64,000 bases of DNA from Deltaproteobacteria bacterium (GTDB lineage Bacteria > Desulfobacterota > Desulfobaccia > Desulfobaccales > 0-14-0-80-60-11): the NCBI GenBank assembly GCA_030018495.1, contig JASEFS010000005.1:11153-75152 (forward strand), given 5' to 3'. How positions within the stretch are numbered: the stretch's first letter is position 1; every line of letters begins with the position of its first letter. Both the position numbers and the translations under genes were made by a program. Positions 25,673 through 35,126 of this stretch are shown here, in pieces. A model generated the notes under the pieces. The model made no database searches. It saw only the letters and a program-made list of their open reading frames with translations, and was not told the origin of the DNA.

Positions 25673-26091
25673 TGTCCCGCACTGCGGGCAGTCAGTCCTG
25701 CGCCTGGCCTCTCTTAAAGAAAATCAAAGAGAGACTCTACCACTTGCGGCCCGGAGCCTCTGACGCGGGTCAAGGCGGCGGCCGGTAACCGAATGTCGAG
25801 AATATGGCTGATGTCCGCAGGCGTGTTTTTCTAGGGGGCAAAGTCAAATATCCCCAGGCCTGACCTTTTGCCGGCTCACCCGGGGAGCGGCCAGACGGGC
25901 CGCCGGAAAACATATTAATTGCCAAGCCTAAGCTGATTCTCCTTTTTCCCGGACATAAGGTCCGCCTCCGGCTTGCACTCAGGCGCACGCGAAGAGAGCC
26001 AACCTTTCCTTTCCAATCATCATGCCAGGTTAGACTGTTTTATAAGCATTTGTAATTAATGAAAAATTAAAATTGGAGCCCTTCCCTGACG

Positions 26092-26148
26092 AAAAAAAGG
26101 GAACAATATGACCCCATTTTCATCCGGCAATGGGGTTAAATTGTTCCC
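26092..26148 (-). terminator. Rho-independent terminator of the sigma-54 activator gene
   Basis: The minus strand reads GGGAACAAT-tta-ACCCCATT-(10 nt)-AATGGGGT-cat-ATTGTTCCC followed by TTTTTTT. It lies 57 nt after the stop. Confidence 0.8.
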
Positions 26149-26204
26149 TAATTTTTAGCCGTCAGGGCGCTAGCGAGACGGTCCGTGACAGACCTGAGGA
26201 CGGA

Positions 26205-27707
26205 TCAGGCCCTTTCCGCCGCATCGCCGGCGGTCTTCGGCGGCACCAAGCCGAAGCGTTGGATCTTGCGGCGGAGGGTATTTTTGTCGATCCCAAGTTC
26301 GCGAGCGGTGGCCAGGCGGCGCCAGCCGTGGCGCTCCAGGGTTTCCAGGAGGAGTCGCTTCTCCCGCTCTTTCAAGCTCAGGCTGGAGGCCGCCGGGGAC
26401 CCGCCGCCTTCGGTCCGGGGTTCGGGCTGAAAATGGTCAGGGAGGTGCTCCGGCAGGATGGGTCCCTGGGGACAAAGGATGAAGGCGTGTTCAATGGCGT
26501 TTTCCAACTCCCGGACGTTGCCGGGCCAGTCATGATGCATGAAAATGGCCAGGGTGTCGTGGCTCAGTCCGGTGATTCTCTTGTTCTGCAATTTATTGAA
26601 GCTGTCGATGAAATGCTCGGCCAGCAGCGGGATATCTTCCTTGCGCTCGGCCAGCCGCGGCAGCCGCAGTTTGACCACGTTGATGCGGTAATAGAGGTCC
26701 TTGCGGAAGCTGCCTGCGGCCACCCGCTGGTCCAGGTCCACATGGGTGGCGGTGACGATGCGCACGTCGGCCTTGACCGGGTTGGAGGCCCCGAGAGGGG
26801 TATAGGCCCGCTCCTCCAGGACGCGCAGCAGGCGCACCTGCAGGGCCGGGGAAATATCGCCGATTTCGTCCAGGAACAAAGTGCCGCCTTCGGCCATGGC
26901 GAAGCGGCCCTGGCGGTCCCGGCGGGCGTCGGTAAAGGCGCCGGCGGTGTGGCCGAAGAGTTCCGATTCCAGCAGGGTGTCGGGCAGCGCCCCACAATTC
27001 ACCGCTACAAAAGGACCTTGGGCTCGGGGGCTGAGGTGGTGCAAAGCCCGGGCCACCAGTTCCTTGCCGGTGCCGCTTTCCCCTTGAATCAAAACGGTGC
27101 TGTCGGTGCGGGCGATGGCCGGCAGGAGATCGAAAACCTTCTGCATCAGGGGCGATTTGGAAATGATATCACCCAGGCGGTACTGGCGCTTCACTTGGCG
27201 GCGGAGCTCCTCCACCAGGCTCAGGTCCCGAAAGATTTGGACCCCGCCGATGACCTGGCCTTCCTTGTCCCTGAGAATGGCGGTGCTGACGCTGATGGGA
27301 ATCTCCCGGCCATCGACCCGAAGAATCTCCACCGCGTCGCTGTCCACCGATTCGCCGGTCTCCAGGGTGAGTCCCAGGATGCAGGTGGTTTCGCAGATAT
27401 TGGCCTGGAAGACCTCGCAGCAGGGCCTTCCCAGAGCTTCAGCCGCCGGGATGCCGGTGATCTCCTGTGCGGCCCGATTCATGAAGGTGATGCGCCAATC
27501 GGGGTCCACCGTGAACACCCCTTCGGCAATGCTGTCCAGAATGATGGCGTTTTGCTCCAAAAGAGCGGCCGGGGAAGGAGGTTTGCGACTCTGGCTCCGC
27601 CTTCTGCACCTGGCATGAGACCCCGTTTTGGCATTTACCCTTCCATGCATGACCTTTTCCATAAATATAAATTGCCTTATTTTAGTAAAAGATGGTTCGA
27701 CCTTCAA
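26205..27707 (-). CDS. Sigma-54-dependent transcriptional activator with N-terminal PAS domain (Fis-type HTH)
   Basis: The PAS domain is [13 protein letters not shown]...ITFMNRAA. The AAA+ module has GESGTGKE and the [15 protein letters not shown] (GAFTGA-like) loop. The C-terminal HTH is [19 protein letters not shown]. The true start is probably an internal Met (M16 or M20). Confidence 0.9.
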   Translation of the reverse strand: MKVEPSFTKIRQFIFMEKVMHGRVNAKTGSHARCRRRSQSRKPPSPAALLEQNAIILDSIAEGVFTVDPDWRITFMNRAAQEITGIPAAEALGRPCCEVFQANICETTCILGLTLETGESVDSDAVEILRVDGREIPISVSTAILRDKEGQVIGGVQIFRDLSLVEELRRQVKRQYRLGDIISKSPLMQKVFDLLPAIARTDSTVLIQGESGTGKELVARALHHLSPRAQGPFVAVNCGALPDTLLESELFGHTAGAFTDARRDRQGRFAMAEGGTLFLDEIGDISPALQVRLLRVLEERAYTPLGASNPVKADVRIVTATHVDLDQRVAAGSFRKDLYYRINVVKLRLPRLAERKEDIPLLAEHFIDSFNKLQNKRITGLSHDTLAIFMHHDWPGNVRELENAIEHAFILCPQGPILPEHLPDHFQPEPRTEGGGSPAASSLSLKEREKRLLLETLERHGWRRLATARELGIDKNTLRRKIQRFGLVPPKTAGDAAERA

Positions 27708-27741
27708 GAGGAAGGGAGCTTAGCCGGGAGAGCCTGCTTCT

Positions 27742-27757
27742 TGGTCGGGGACATGCT
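27742..27757 (+). promoter_or_regulatory. Sigma-54 (-24/-12) promoter candidate for the 27824-29440 operon
   Basis: TGGTCG-GGGAC-ATGCT has GG/GC at the canonical spacing. It lies about 67 nt upstream of the ATG at 27824 and is divergent from the activator gene. Confidence 0.4.
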
Positions 27758-27823
27758 TTCTCCGGAATGGGCGGAGAATTTTAATGCTTGTTATTCGGAA
27801 AATAAAAATGTATAGAAAAAACC

Positions 27824-28165
27824 ATGGGGATGAAAAGCCGGCCGATTTTTCAGGCCATCATGGCCTGGGTTTTTCTCCTGACCGTGTCGGGCCAGCCCCT
27901 GGGCCTCTGCCACGGCGCGCCCAGTCCATGCTGCCAGGATAACCTAGTCGCCCCTCAATGCCAGGAGGTCCTGAGCGCGGTTCAGTGCCCAAGCCACGGA
28001 CCTTGTGGCCAAGCCACCGGGAAATGTGAGTGTTGCGGCGCTCTCTTTCTGGCTGCCGAAAGACCCTTTCAGCAGAGTTTCCTAATTTTGCCATATCGCT
28101 TCTTTTGGACCCAGCCCATTTTAGAGCTTATCCCCCCCGGAATCTTCCACCCGCCCCGGTCTTAA
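27824..28165 (+). CDS. Small Cys-rich exported/membrane protein (hypothetical)
   Basis: There is an N-terminal hydrophobic segment, then 10 Cys in about 50 residues (LCHGAPSPCCQD...QCQE...QCPSHGPCGQATGKCECCG). The C-terminus ends IFHPPRS. Function is unknown. Confidence 0.45.
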   Translation: MGMKSRPIFQAIMAWVFLLTVSGQPLGLCHGAPSPCCQDNLVAPQCQEVLSAVQCPSHGPCGQATGKCECCGALFLAAERPFQQSFLILPYRFFWTQPILELIPPGIFHPPRS

Positions 28166-28307
28166 TTTTCCCTAGCAGTAATTTTCCCTAGCCAAAAAAT
28201 CGATAACCAGGCGCGGCGGCATCCGGTGACACGCGCCGGCCCATTACCGGCCTTTCTCGGATGGCACCGGTGTTCCTGCCGCCCCCCACGCCAGAAGGAA
28301 ATTTGCG

Positions 28308-28652
28308 ATGAAGATGAAGTTAACACTGACAATATGCGGCACTTTTATTCTGGGCGCCCTGGCTCTTTCCGCAGCCGCAGCCGCTTATGCCTGCGGCGGC
28401 TCCATGGGCCACGGGCCCATGGACCACAGTTCCACGTGCCCGGGCGGCTTGGGCCATGGGCAGGGAGACTTTGGCCACATGACCCAAGGGCATCCGGGAT
28501 CCGCCCCCGAAGAACTTGGCGAGCCGCCGCATGTTTCTGCGGCTCCGCAAGCCGAATGGTCGCCGAAGGCCGCCGACGTTCCCCCTGGACGGGGACAGGC
28601 GGCGGCCGCTCCTAAGCCGGGAACCACTCATGACCATCAACACGGACGCTAA
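28308..28652 (+). CDS. Secreted His/Met/Gly-rich protein (candidate periplasmic metal binder)
   Basis: The signal peptide MKMKLTLTICGTFILGALALSAAAAAYA is followed by GSMGHGPMDHSS...GLGHGQGDFGHMTQGH and a C-terminal THDHQHG. An AAGGAAA RBS is present. Confidence 0.55.
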   Translation: MKMKLTLTICGTFILGALALSAAAAAYACGGSMGHGPMDHSSTCPGGLGHGQGDFGHMTQGHPGSAPEELGEPPHVSAAPQAEWSPKAADVPPGRGQAAAAPKPGTTHDHQHGR

Positions 28653-28720
28653 GCGCTTCGGGCCGACAGATAAAAGGATTCATCCACGCATATGCCGGGG
28701 ATGAACAATGGAGGAAAAAA

Positions 28721-29440
28721 ATGAAAAGACCTTGGGTTGTAGCGCTGTTGTTTGGTGCGGCATGGTATTTACTCCTGGGGACGGCGGCTTGGGCGCAAAT
28801 GTCCCTGGGCACTTACCGAACTATCGGCATGATGCAAGGGACAGGGCAAACCTCGAACTATGCCGGAGAGGACCGGCATAATCTGCAAAGGGGCGCTTAT
28901 GCCGGTCGCCAGCGGAGCACGCAAAATCGCAACGGCAAAATCGGCATGGCCCAGGTGCACGCCACCGGACAGACGGCCAGTTATGCTGAAGGTGATGATG
29001 GTGATTGGCATATGGGCGCCGTTTATGCCGGTGGCCAGCGTTTCACCGACAATGGCGACGGCACGGTGACGGATAATTTGACCGGCCTGATCTGGATGAG
29101 AGACGCTGAGGCATTAGGCATGATGAACTGGTACGATGCCCTCGATGCGGCCGCCCACTTGCAGGATGGCCGATACGGCCTGATGGACGGTTCCAAGGCA
29201 GGAGACTGGCGTTTGCCCAATGTTAGGGAGTTGCAGAGCCTGATCGATTTCGGCGCAGAACATCCCGCCATGCCCGCGGATCATCCATTCGTCGGGGTGA
29301 TGTCCCGATACTGGTCTTCAACCAGCTACGCCTCTTCTCCCGACCTTCACGCCTGGCCTGTACGTTTCGATGACGGCTTCATGGCTTATGACCATAAGAG
29401 CCAAGACTACTATGTGTGGTGTGTGCGCCGCGGCAAGTGA
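28721..29440 (+). CDS. DUF1566 (Lcl C-terminal-like) domain secreted protein
   Basis: It has a signal peptide and a GGAGG RBS. TGQT.SYA.GDD repeats are present, and DNGDGTVTDNLTGLIWMRD...WRLPNVRELQSL...YWSSTS...YVWCVRRG is the DUF1566 pattern. Confidence 0.8.
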   Translation: MKRPWVVALLFGAAWYLLLGTAAWAQMSLGTYRTIGMMQGTGQTSNYAGEDRHNLQRGAYAGRQRSTQNRNGKIGMAQVHATGQTASYAEGDDGDWHMGAVYAGGQRFTDNGDGTVTDNLTGLIWMRDAEALGMMNWYDALDAAAHLQDGRYGLMDGSKAGDWRLPNVRELQSLIDFGAEHPAMPADHPFVGVMSRYWSSTSYASSPDLHAWPVRFDDGFMAYDHKSQDYYVWCVRRGK

Positions 29441-29519
29441 TGCGGTTGCTTGAGTGATTTTGACGATCTCTGAGGGGGAGGGGCATTCCCTCCCCCTGCT
29501 TTAGCAGGTGCGGCTCGGA

Positions 29520-30695
29520 TCACCGGCGCCGTCCCAGGCGGTTGCGCAGGGCCAGGATGAACAGGGCGGCTTGCGCCGGCAGCATGATGCGGCTGACGGC
29601 GCTCACTACATGGGCTCCCGCGGTCGCCGGGGCCGCCCAGGCAGGGCGCAATAAGGTAGCCTGCTCCAGGAGGAAAATCAGGGAGGAGCCAAAGCCGACC
29701 CTTTCTCCGGAAGCATTTTCCAATCCCAGGGAGGACATCAGGAGGCCCATGCCGCACAACAAGCCCAAGAGCCAGGCCAGGGCCCGGAGCGGCCGTTCTC
29801 CATAGCCGCTCAAAGCCCAATACATGTTGTACCAGGAAAGAGGGAAACGGCGGCGCCAGGGGTTGGCCCGGCGGTGCATCTCCAGTTCCCCGTAATGAAA
29901 ATCCCCCGCCTGCTTCAAATCCCCCTCCTGTTCATAATTGAGTTTCAAATACCGGTAAAGCTTCTCTAACCCTGCGCAGATATCTTCATACCTGAACCCG
30001 TATTCGGGCCGTGATGACAAAGAGAAAAGATGCGGCCCTTCCTTTCTGTGCAAGAGCATTTCATCGAAAATGATCTGGCGGCCGTGGAGGACAGGCCAGC
30101 GCACGTTGTCAAACTGCAACCGGCGCACATCAGTGCCTAAAAATCTCGCCCGTTCCAGAGACTGGTCTTGGAAGATAAGACGCCCGCCGGGGCCGAATTT
30201 TACCTCCTGAAACAAAACCTCAAAAGGAGTTGGTGAGGAGCCGTTTACTTGCTGGAACAGGCCCACCTTATTAAAGACGGATCCGCGGAAATCAGCTTCC
30301 CCGAGAATTTCGGTCCTGACAAACTGAACCGGGCCGTCAAATTTTGTTTTGTTAAAGTCGGCGGCCTGAGAGAATTTGGCGTAGGAAAAGTCTGCCGGAG
30401 CAGCAAACTCGGCTTCGTGAAAATCAGCCCATCCGGCGAAATGAGCTCTTTGAAAATTTGCCGCTTCTTTAAAATGTTGCTGAGCAAAGGAGACCGGGCC
30501 GGGGAAGAAGACCTCACGGAAATCAAAATCCTGCCGCGCCAGTTTGTCTTTGAGGGTTTTCTCGAAGAGAAGACTATCCTTCTCCGTTTTCAGGGAATGC
30601 AGGATGCACAACCCCTCCGGGTCAGCCTCCCATGAGTCGTCTTCGCAATGGCGCCCCTCCCAGGAATATTTCAGCCAGCTTTTACAGGTAGACAT
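29520..30695 (-). CDS. Pentapeptide-repeat protein with C-terminal transmembrane segments
   Basis: The central run is AANFQRAHFAGWADFHEAEFAAPADFSYAKFSQAADFNKTKFDG (A(D/N)LXX periodicity). The C-terminus has about 3 hydrophobic helices. Confidence 0.75.
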   Translation of the reverse strand: MSTCKSWLKYSWEGRHCEDDSWEADPEGLCILHSLKTEKDSLLFEKTLKDKLARQDFDFREVFFPGPVSFAQQHFKEAANFQRAHFAGWADFHEAEFAAPADFSYAKFSQAADFNKTKFDGPVQFVRTEILGEADFRGSVFNKVGLFQQVNGSSPTPFEVLFQEVKFGPGGRLIFQDQSLERARFLGTDVRRLQFDNVRWPVLHGRQIIFDEMLLHRKEGPHLFSLSSRPEYGFRYEDICAGLEKLYRYLKLNYEQEGDLKQAGDFHYGELEMHRRANPWRRRFPLSWYNMYWALSGYGERPLRALAWLLGLLCGMGLLMSSLGLENASGERVGFGSSLIFLLEQATLLRPAWAAPATAGAHVVSAVSRIMLPAQAALFILALRNRLGRRR

Positions 30696-30780
30696 CAGCC
30701 AAATTCCAAAATGAGCCTCAAAAGGAATGAACCGAATTTTTGGTTTCTTAACCCCAGCGCATGTTTTGATATTTCGGAGT

Positions 30781-31842
30781 CTAAGGCTGCTTGGGCACTT
30801 CCACGATAAAAACGGCTCCGGCTCCGGGTTTGCTCCAGGCCAGGAGGCGCCCGCCGGCTTTTTCCAGGAGGTGAATACTCACTTTCAACCCAAGATGCGA
30901 GCTTTCCGCCTCCCGCCGCGCCGGCGGGACTTGGAGAAGGCTTTTCAATGTTTCCAATTCGAGGCCCGGGCCGTTGTCTTTAATTTCCACCCGCACCCGA
31001 TCATCTGAGTCACTGACCTTTATCTGAACCAAGTCGCCGTACCTCAGGGCATTGCTCAAGATATTTTGTAATATGACCTCCATGGTGTAAGGCTCAAAAG
31101 GAAACACCAAACTGCCCCGGCATTTCTCAAAAGGCTGGCCGTCGATTTCCACCTTGATCTCTTTCTCCCGAAACCGCATGCCCAGAAGGTCCTCGATGCT
31201 GTGGATCAGCAAAGGGTATAAGTCCCTGGGGGTCCTGACCATGGTATCGCTGGTGAGGGCTTTCAGAAACAGGAGTTCCTGCCCCAGGACGTGGGTGAGG
31301 CGCTGGGAGGCCTCTTCCAGGGTTGCTGCATTCCGGGCCAACGGCTCATACTCCTTTCCGAAACGGTTGTATGTGGGGCAGTCCGCTTCGGCGCAACGGC
31401 GAAATTCTTCCTCCAGGACGGCCAATTTGCGCCGGATGCGGCCGGAGAACCCGTGTATGCCTATGGCCAGATTCTTGTAATGATGTCTTAGCGTGGCGAC
31501 CTGAAATTCAAATTCCTGGTGCAGGGTGTCCAGGCGCAGGCGATTTTGCCTCACCAGTTGGAAAATCCGGCCCACCAGAGCCCCGACAAGTCCTCCCAGC
31601 ACGACATAAGGTATAATCATGGGCCACATGTGCAGGTGAAAGCTATGGATGAGGGACCCCCAGACGTCCAGGGAAGCATTGCCATAAACATACTCATGAA
31701 GATTGTAAACCACCATGGCCAGGGGATGGCCCGTCAGCACGCCCAGACCCACTCCTGCCAAAAGACCTATCCAGGGGTAGGTCCAGGTTCTCTCCGTTTG
31801 GCTCGGCACTTCCAAGACGACGGGTTCCATGCGGTCAGGCAT
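30781..31842 (-). CDS. Membrane sensor histidine kinase (no adjacent response regulator)
   Basis: Two N-terminal TM helices are followed by the H-box LRHHYKNLAIGIHGFSG. The HATPase has LSNALRYG...IKDNGPGL...GLKVSIHLLEKAGG. Confidence 0.75.
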   Translation of the reverse strand: MPDRMEPVVLEVPSQTERTWTYPWIGLLAGVGLGVLTGHPLAMVVYNLHEYVYGNASLDVWGSLIHSFHLHMWPMIIPYVVLGGLVGALVGRIFQLVRQNRLRLDTLHQEFEFQVATLRHHYKNLAIGIHGFSGRIRRKLAVLEEEFRRCAEADCPTYNRFGKEYEPLARNAATLEEASQRLTHVLGQELLFLKALTSDTMVRTPRDLYPLLIHSIEDLLGMRFREKEIKVEIDGQPFEKCRGSLVFPFEPYTMEVILQNILSNALRYGDLVQIKVSDSDDRVRVEIKDNGPGLELETLKSLLQVPPARREAESSHLGLKVSIHLLEKAGGRLLAWSKPGAGAVFIVEVPKQP

Positions 31843-31864
31843 TTTATTCCTTTCTCGAATTTTC

Positions 31865-32059
31865 TCAGCGGTTCTTTTCCATCCGCCATATCCTCATCTG
31901 CCGCTCATAATCAGTCTCAGGATTTTGCCAAGTCAATTCCTGCCAATGAATTTGGTTTTCGCGGCGAATTTCCCTGACTTCGTAACTTGGGGCACAGCCC
32001 ATAATCAAGCCGATAATAATCAAGGCTGACCCCAGCCATGGTTGTCGCATTTTCATCAT
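31865..32059 (-). CDS. Small putative lipoprotein
   Basis: 64 aa. MMKMRQPWLGSALIIIGLIMGC is a signal peptide with a lipobox-like IMGC. The gene is directly upstream of the kinase. Confidence 0.45.
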   Translation of the reverse strand: MMKMRQPWLGSALIIIGLIMGCAPSYEVREIRRENQIHWQELTWQNPETDYERQMRIWRMEKNR

Positions 32060-32558
32060 GTCATGTTACCTCCCCGTCTTACGCTGAAAATAACGGAGAC
32101 CGGACGTCTGCCGGGTCGGCGCATCTTCCACTTGGTTATTTCCGGCACGGCGGCGGCGATCAGTGTAAGAACAAGAAGGTTCCGGGATTGCCGGAGAAAA
32201 ATGGCGAAGAAGGATGTTTTCTCAGGAACCGCCAGGTCACTCGCACTGCCGCGGTCAAGATGTTCCCGCGCCTGGACTTGGCACAAAGTCCGGGTTCGGC
32301 GCCCAGGAGCTCCATTACCTGGACGCCGGTGAACTGCTGCTTTCCTGCGCCATATGCGCCTCACCGGCTGGCTTGGGTTTTAATGCTAATCATTTTTTTG
32401 ACAGGGTGCAAGTGCACTAGCTTGTGCACTCCCGGAAGAAGGCAGATTTTTACAGTTTAAAGATATGCGAATCAGAATAACTTAGGTGGAAACGGCAAAA
32501 GACAAGCCCGATGAGTAAAAGATTGACGCTTCGGTGAAGCAAGCTGAAAACCGGGAGC

Positions 32559-33785
32559 CTACCCGGCCGCCAACAGCAGCGAGTCGCTTGTCTGCCGCCT
32601 TTGACGGCAGAGGCGCAGCGCATCCCGGAACGCCAAAGCCACGCGCTCAATGTCGGCCTTTGACAGCGCAGCATAATTGGGCAGGGTGATCAGACGGTCC
32701 GCCACCGATTCGGAAACAGGACAGCCGCCTTGGTAGCCCAGTTTCCGGCTGTGCTCAATCACATCGGAGTATAGCTGAGAGGTGTCCACTCCTCGCGCCA
32801 GCATTGCCGCCCTGATCTTGGCGCGCTCCTCAGCATCGGCCACGAGCACCGGGAATATGTGGTAATTGTATTCGGCCCCCGGCCATTCCGCTGGCAGGAC
32901 GACATTTTCCAAGTCCTGCAGCAGGGAAAGCAGGTACAAACTGTTCTGGCGCTGGCTGGCGACGCGCCGGCGGAACCGCGCCGCCTGCCGGACGGCCACC
33001 GCCGCATGATGCCGCTGAATCCCGTGGTGGTTCAGCTCAGGCTCCAGGATCGCTTTTTTTTCTGCCCAACCCCGGTTCGGCACCCCAATAATGCCGTATA
33101 GACGCCTTCTGAAAGTGATCGTCTTTGCCGCTTGAAGCGCCAGATTTCTCCATTCGCTGAACGCGGACCAGCGCTGCAGCGATTTGGCTTCGGCAGCCAC
33201 CTGCGCGGCGACCTCGGCGTCACGCACAACCAGCAGGCCTCCTCCACCCGCGGGCCAGTATTTCGTGGACCCGAAGCTGTGGAAGCTGGCGATGCCGAAT
33301 GAACCCAGTTCCTGATTATCCAGCCGCGACAGCGGGGCGTGAACCGTGTCCTCAATCAGCGGAACCTGACCGGCAGCCTGGCAAATAGCCCTGATATCGG
33401 CCACATTGCCGAACAGATGAACGGCAATGACTGCGGAGAACCTGCCGGCGGCGGCTGCCAAAGAGGCCGGAGCCATGGTGATGGAGCTTTCGCTGACGTC
33501 GATGAACACAGGACGATAGCCGGCTTTCACCACAGCCGTAGAGACGGAAAGGTCATTATACAGGGGTATGGCCACGCCGCTTCCAGGCGGCAGCCTCAAC
33601 GCCTTCAAGACCAGCCATAATGCTTGTCGCCCGCTGCCGGCCCAAAATTTTTCGCCTGCGCCGAACAGCGCATCGAAAGGAGCCGGGGAGACGATCCGCC
33701 TCCGACAGAGCGCTCCCAATGCCGCCACGAAATCGCCGGGGGAATAAGGCAGCGCGAACCGCGGAATGATATCCAATTTCAGCAT
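32559..33785 (-). CDS. DegT/DnrJ/EryC1/StrS-family PLP-dependent aminotransferase
   Basis: 408 aa. SGRQALWLVLKAL, AVIAVHLFG and SFHSFGSTKYWPAGGGG (PLP-Lys region) are present. Confidence 0.75.
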   Translation of the reverse strand: MLKLDIIPRFALPYSPGDFVAALGALCRRRIVSPAPFDALFGAGEKFWAGSGRQALWLVLKALRLPPGSGVAIPLYNDLSVSTAVVKAGYRPVFIDVSESSITMAPASLAAAAGRFSAVIAVHLFGNVADIRAICQAAGQVPLIEDTVHAPLSRLDNQELGSFGIASFHSFGSTKYWPAGGGGLLVVRDAEVAAQVAAEAKSLQRWSAFSEWRNLALQAAKTITFRRRLYGIIGVPNRGWAEKKAILEPELNHHGIQRHHAAVAVRQAARFRRRVASQRQNSLYLLSLLQDLENVVLPAEWPGAEYNYHIFPVLVADAEERAKIRAAMLARGVDTSQLYSDVIEHSRKLGYQGGCPVSESVADRLITLPNYAALSKADIERVALAFRDALRLCRQRRQTSDSLLLAAG

Positions 33786-34381
33786 GAGAAATCCTTATCT
33801 GGGATGCAGGCGCCGGATTACGGCGTGCCAGGCAAAAGTTGAGCTAACGTGGTCTTCGTATTCTACTTCCACGCCAGAACCCTTTTACGTTCGCGTAAGA
33901 AAACCTTCCAAGTGAACAACCTATAGCCCCGCACCTTTTCATGGGTTGCCTGGACCATATTGAAGTGACCTGAATTTAATCACGATCAATTGTTGCGGCG
34001 GTAAAAATCCGGTCTGGTGTCCGACCGGAGAAGTCCGGCGGGCACGAGTTTCATTACGCGCGGTACATGATGCACCCGAAAGGCGCCAGTTATGAGGTTT
34101 GGTTGGGCAATTACCTGAAAAGGATTACAAGGCCAATAATGAATTTAAAATAATTCAAAGCCGGAGAAAAAAACAAGGAATGAAAGTACCATTTTCGGGT
34201 AGAGAAAAATACCTTGGCTTTGTTTCCATTGATTTGCTCTTCCTGGAGCTTATGTTTTTAGAGAGCAGCTTTCTCTTGCTTTTTGGTCAAAAAGATCGTC
34301 CAGCTTAAAGGTTGTCCTACACCAAGCGCTATGAGCAGGAACAGCCATAAAATGTCAGCAGTATTTGCCAAGGAGGCTTTT

Positions 34382-35089
34382 ATGTCTCGGGATACGTGTC
34401 AAACGCGCCGCAGTTTAATTGCCGCCGGTGCAGCGGGTGTCGGTCTCCTGCTGGTGGAGCCGGTGCGTTTTGCTCTGGCCGCGTCAAAGGAAGAAAAAAC
34501 AAGAGAAGGGATAGGCCCGGTTGAAGACCTTATGCGGGAGCACGGAGTTTTGCGCCGCGTATTGCTTATTTATGATGAAGTGATTCGGCGCCTCGATGCA
34601 GGCAAAGACCTGCCGCCGGGGGTGGTGGCGGACGCGGCCGGTGTGATCCGGCGTTTTGTGGAAGATTACCACGAAAAGAATGAAGAACAGGAAATCTTCC
34701 CCAGGTTAGAAAAAGCCGGGAAATTGGTTGAACTGGTGAAGGTGCTTTATGCACAGCACCGCGCCAGCCGGGGCCTCACGGAAGTGGTCTTGACGTCTTC
34801 GACTCCGGCCGCCTTGGCAAATGCCGAATCCCGACGTCGGCTGGGTGAGGCCTTGCGCCGATTCACCAGGATATACCGACCTCACGCGGCCCGCGAGGAT
34901 ACCGTGCTTTTCCCGGCCTTCCGTTCCCTGGTGTCTCCTAAGGAATTCGCGGCACTGGGAGAAAAATTTGAGAATAAGGAACACGAACTGTTTGGCGAAG
35001 AAGGCTTTGAAAAGATGGTTAATCAAGTGGCCGGGTTGGAAAAGAAGCTCGGCATCTATGATCTTTCCCAGTTTACTTCAACACTGTAA
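34382..35089 (+). CDS. Hemerythrin-like domain protein with twin-arginine (Tat) signal
   Basis: The ATG at 34382 follows AAGGAGG. TRRSLIAAGAAGVGLL is the Tat motif. LMREHGVLRR..., EDYHEKNEEQEIFP and RPHAAREDTVLFP are the hemerythrin ligand motifs. Confidence 0.75.
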   Translation: MSRDTCQTRRSLIAAGAAGVGLLLVEPVRFALAASKEEKTREGIGPVEDLMREHGVLRRVLLIYDEVIRRLDAGKDLPPGVVADAAGVIRRFVEDYHEKNEEQEIFPRLEKAGKLVELVKVLYAQHRASRGLTEVVLTSSTPAALANAESRRRLGEALRRFTRIYRPHAAREDTVLFPAFRSLVSPKEFAALGEKFENKEHELFGEEGFEKMVNQVAGLEKKLGIYDLSQFTSTL

Positions 35090-35126
35090 AGTCAAAATGT
35101 TTGAATAACCAAGCAAGCTGCAAAGG

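Noticed and set aside
25770-25988. A 72-aa minus-strand ORF between the sigma-54 activator and the hdr cluster.
   Set aside because: The sequence is Arg/Pro/Gly-rich and implausible. It lies in what is more likely promoter, UAS or leader DNA.
26013-26028. A second sigma-54-like element on the minus strand, CTGGCATGATGATTGG, just downstream of the activator terminator.
   Set aside because: The -24 half (TGGCAT) is excellent, but the nearly invariant GC of the -12 element is GG here. It would also leave a roughly 400-nt leader. It is kept only as a weak alternative to the 25657-25672 candidate.
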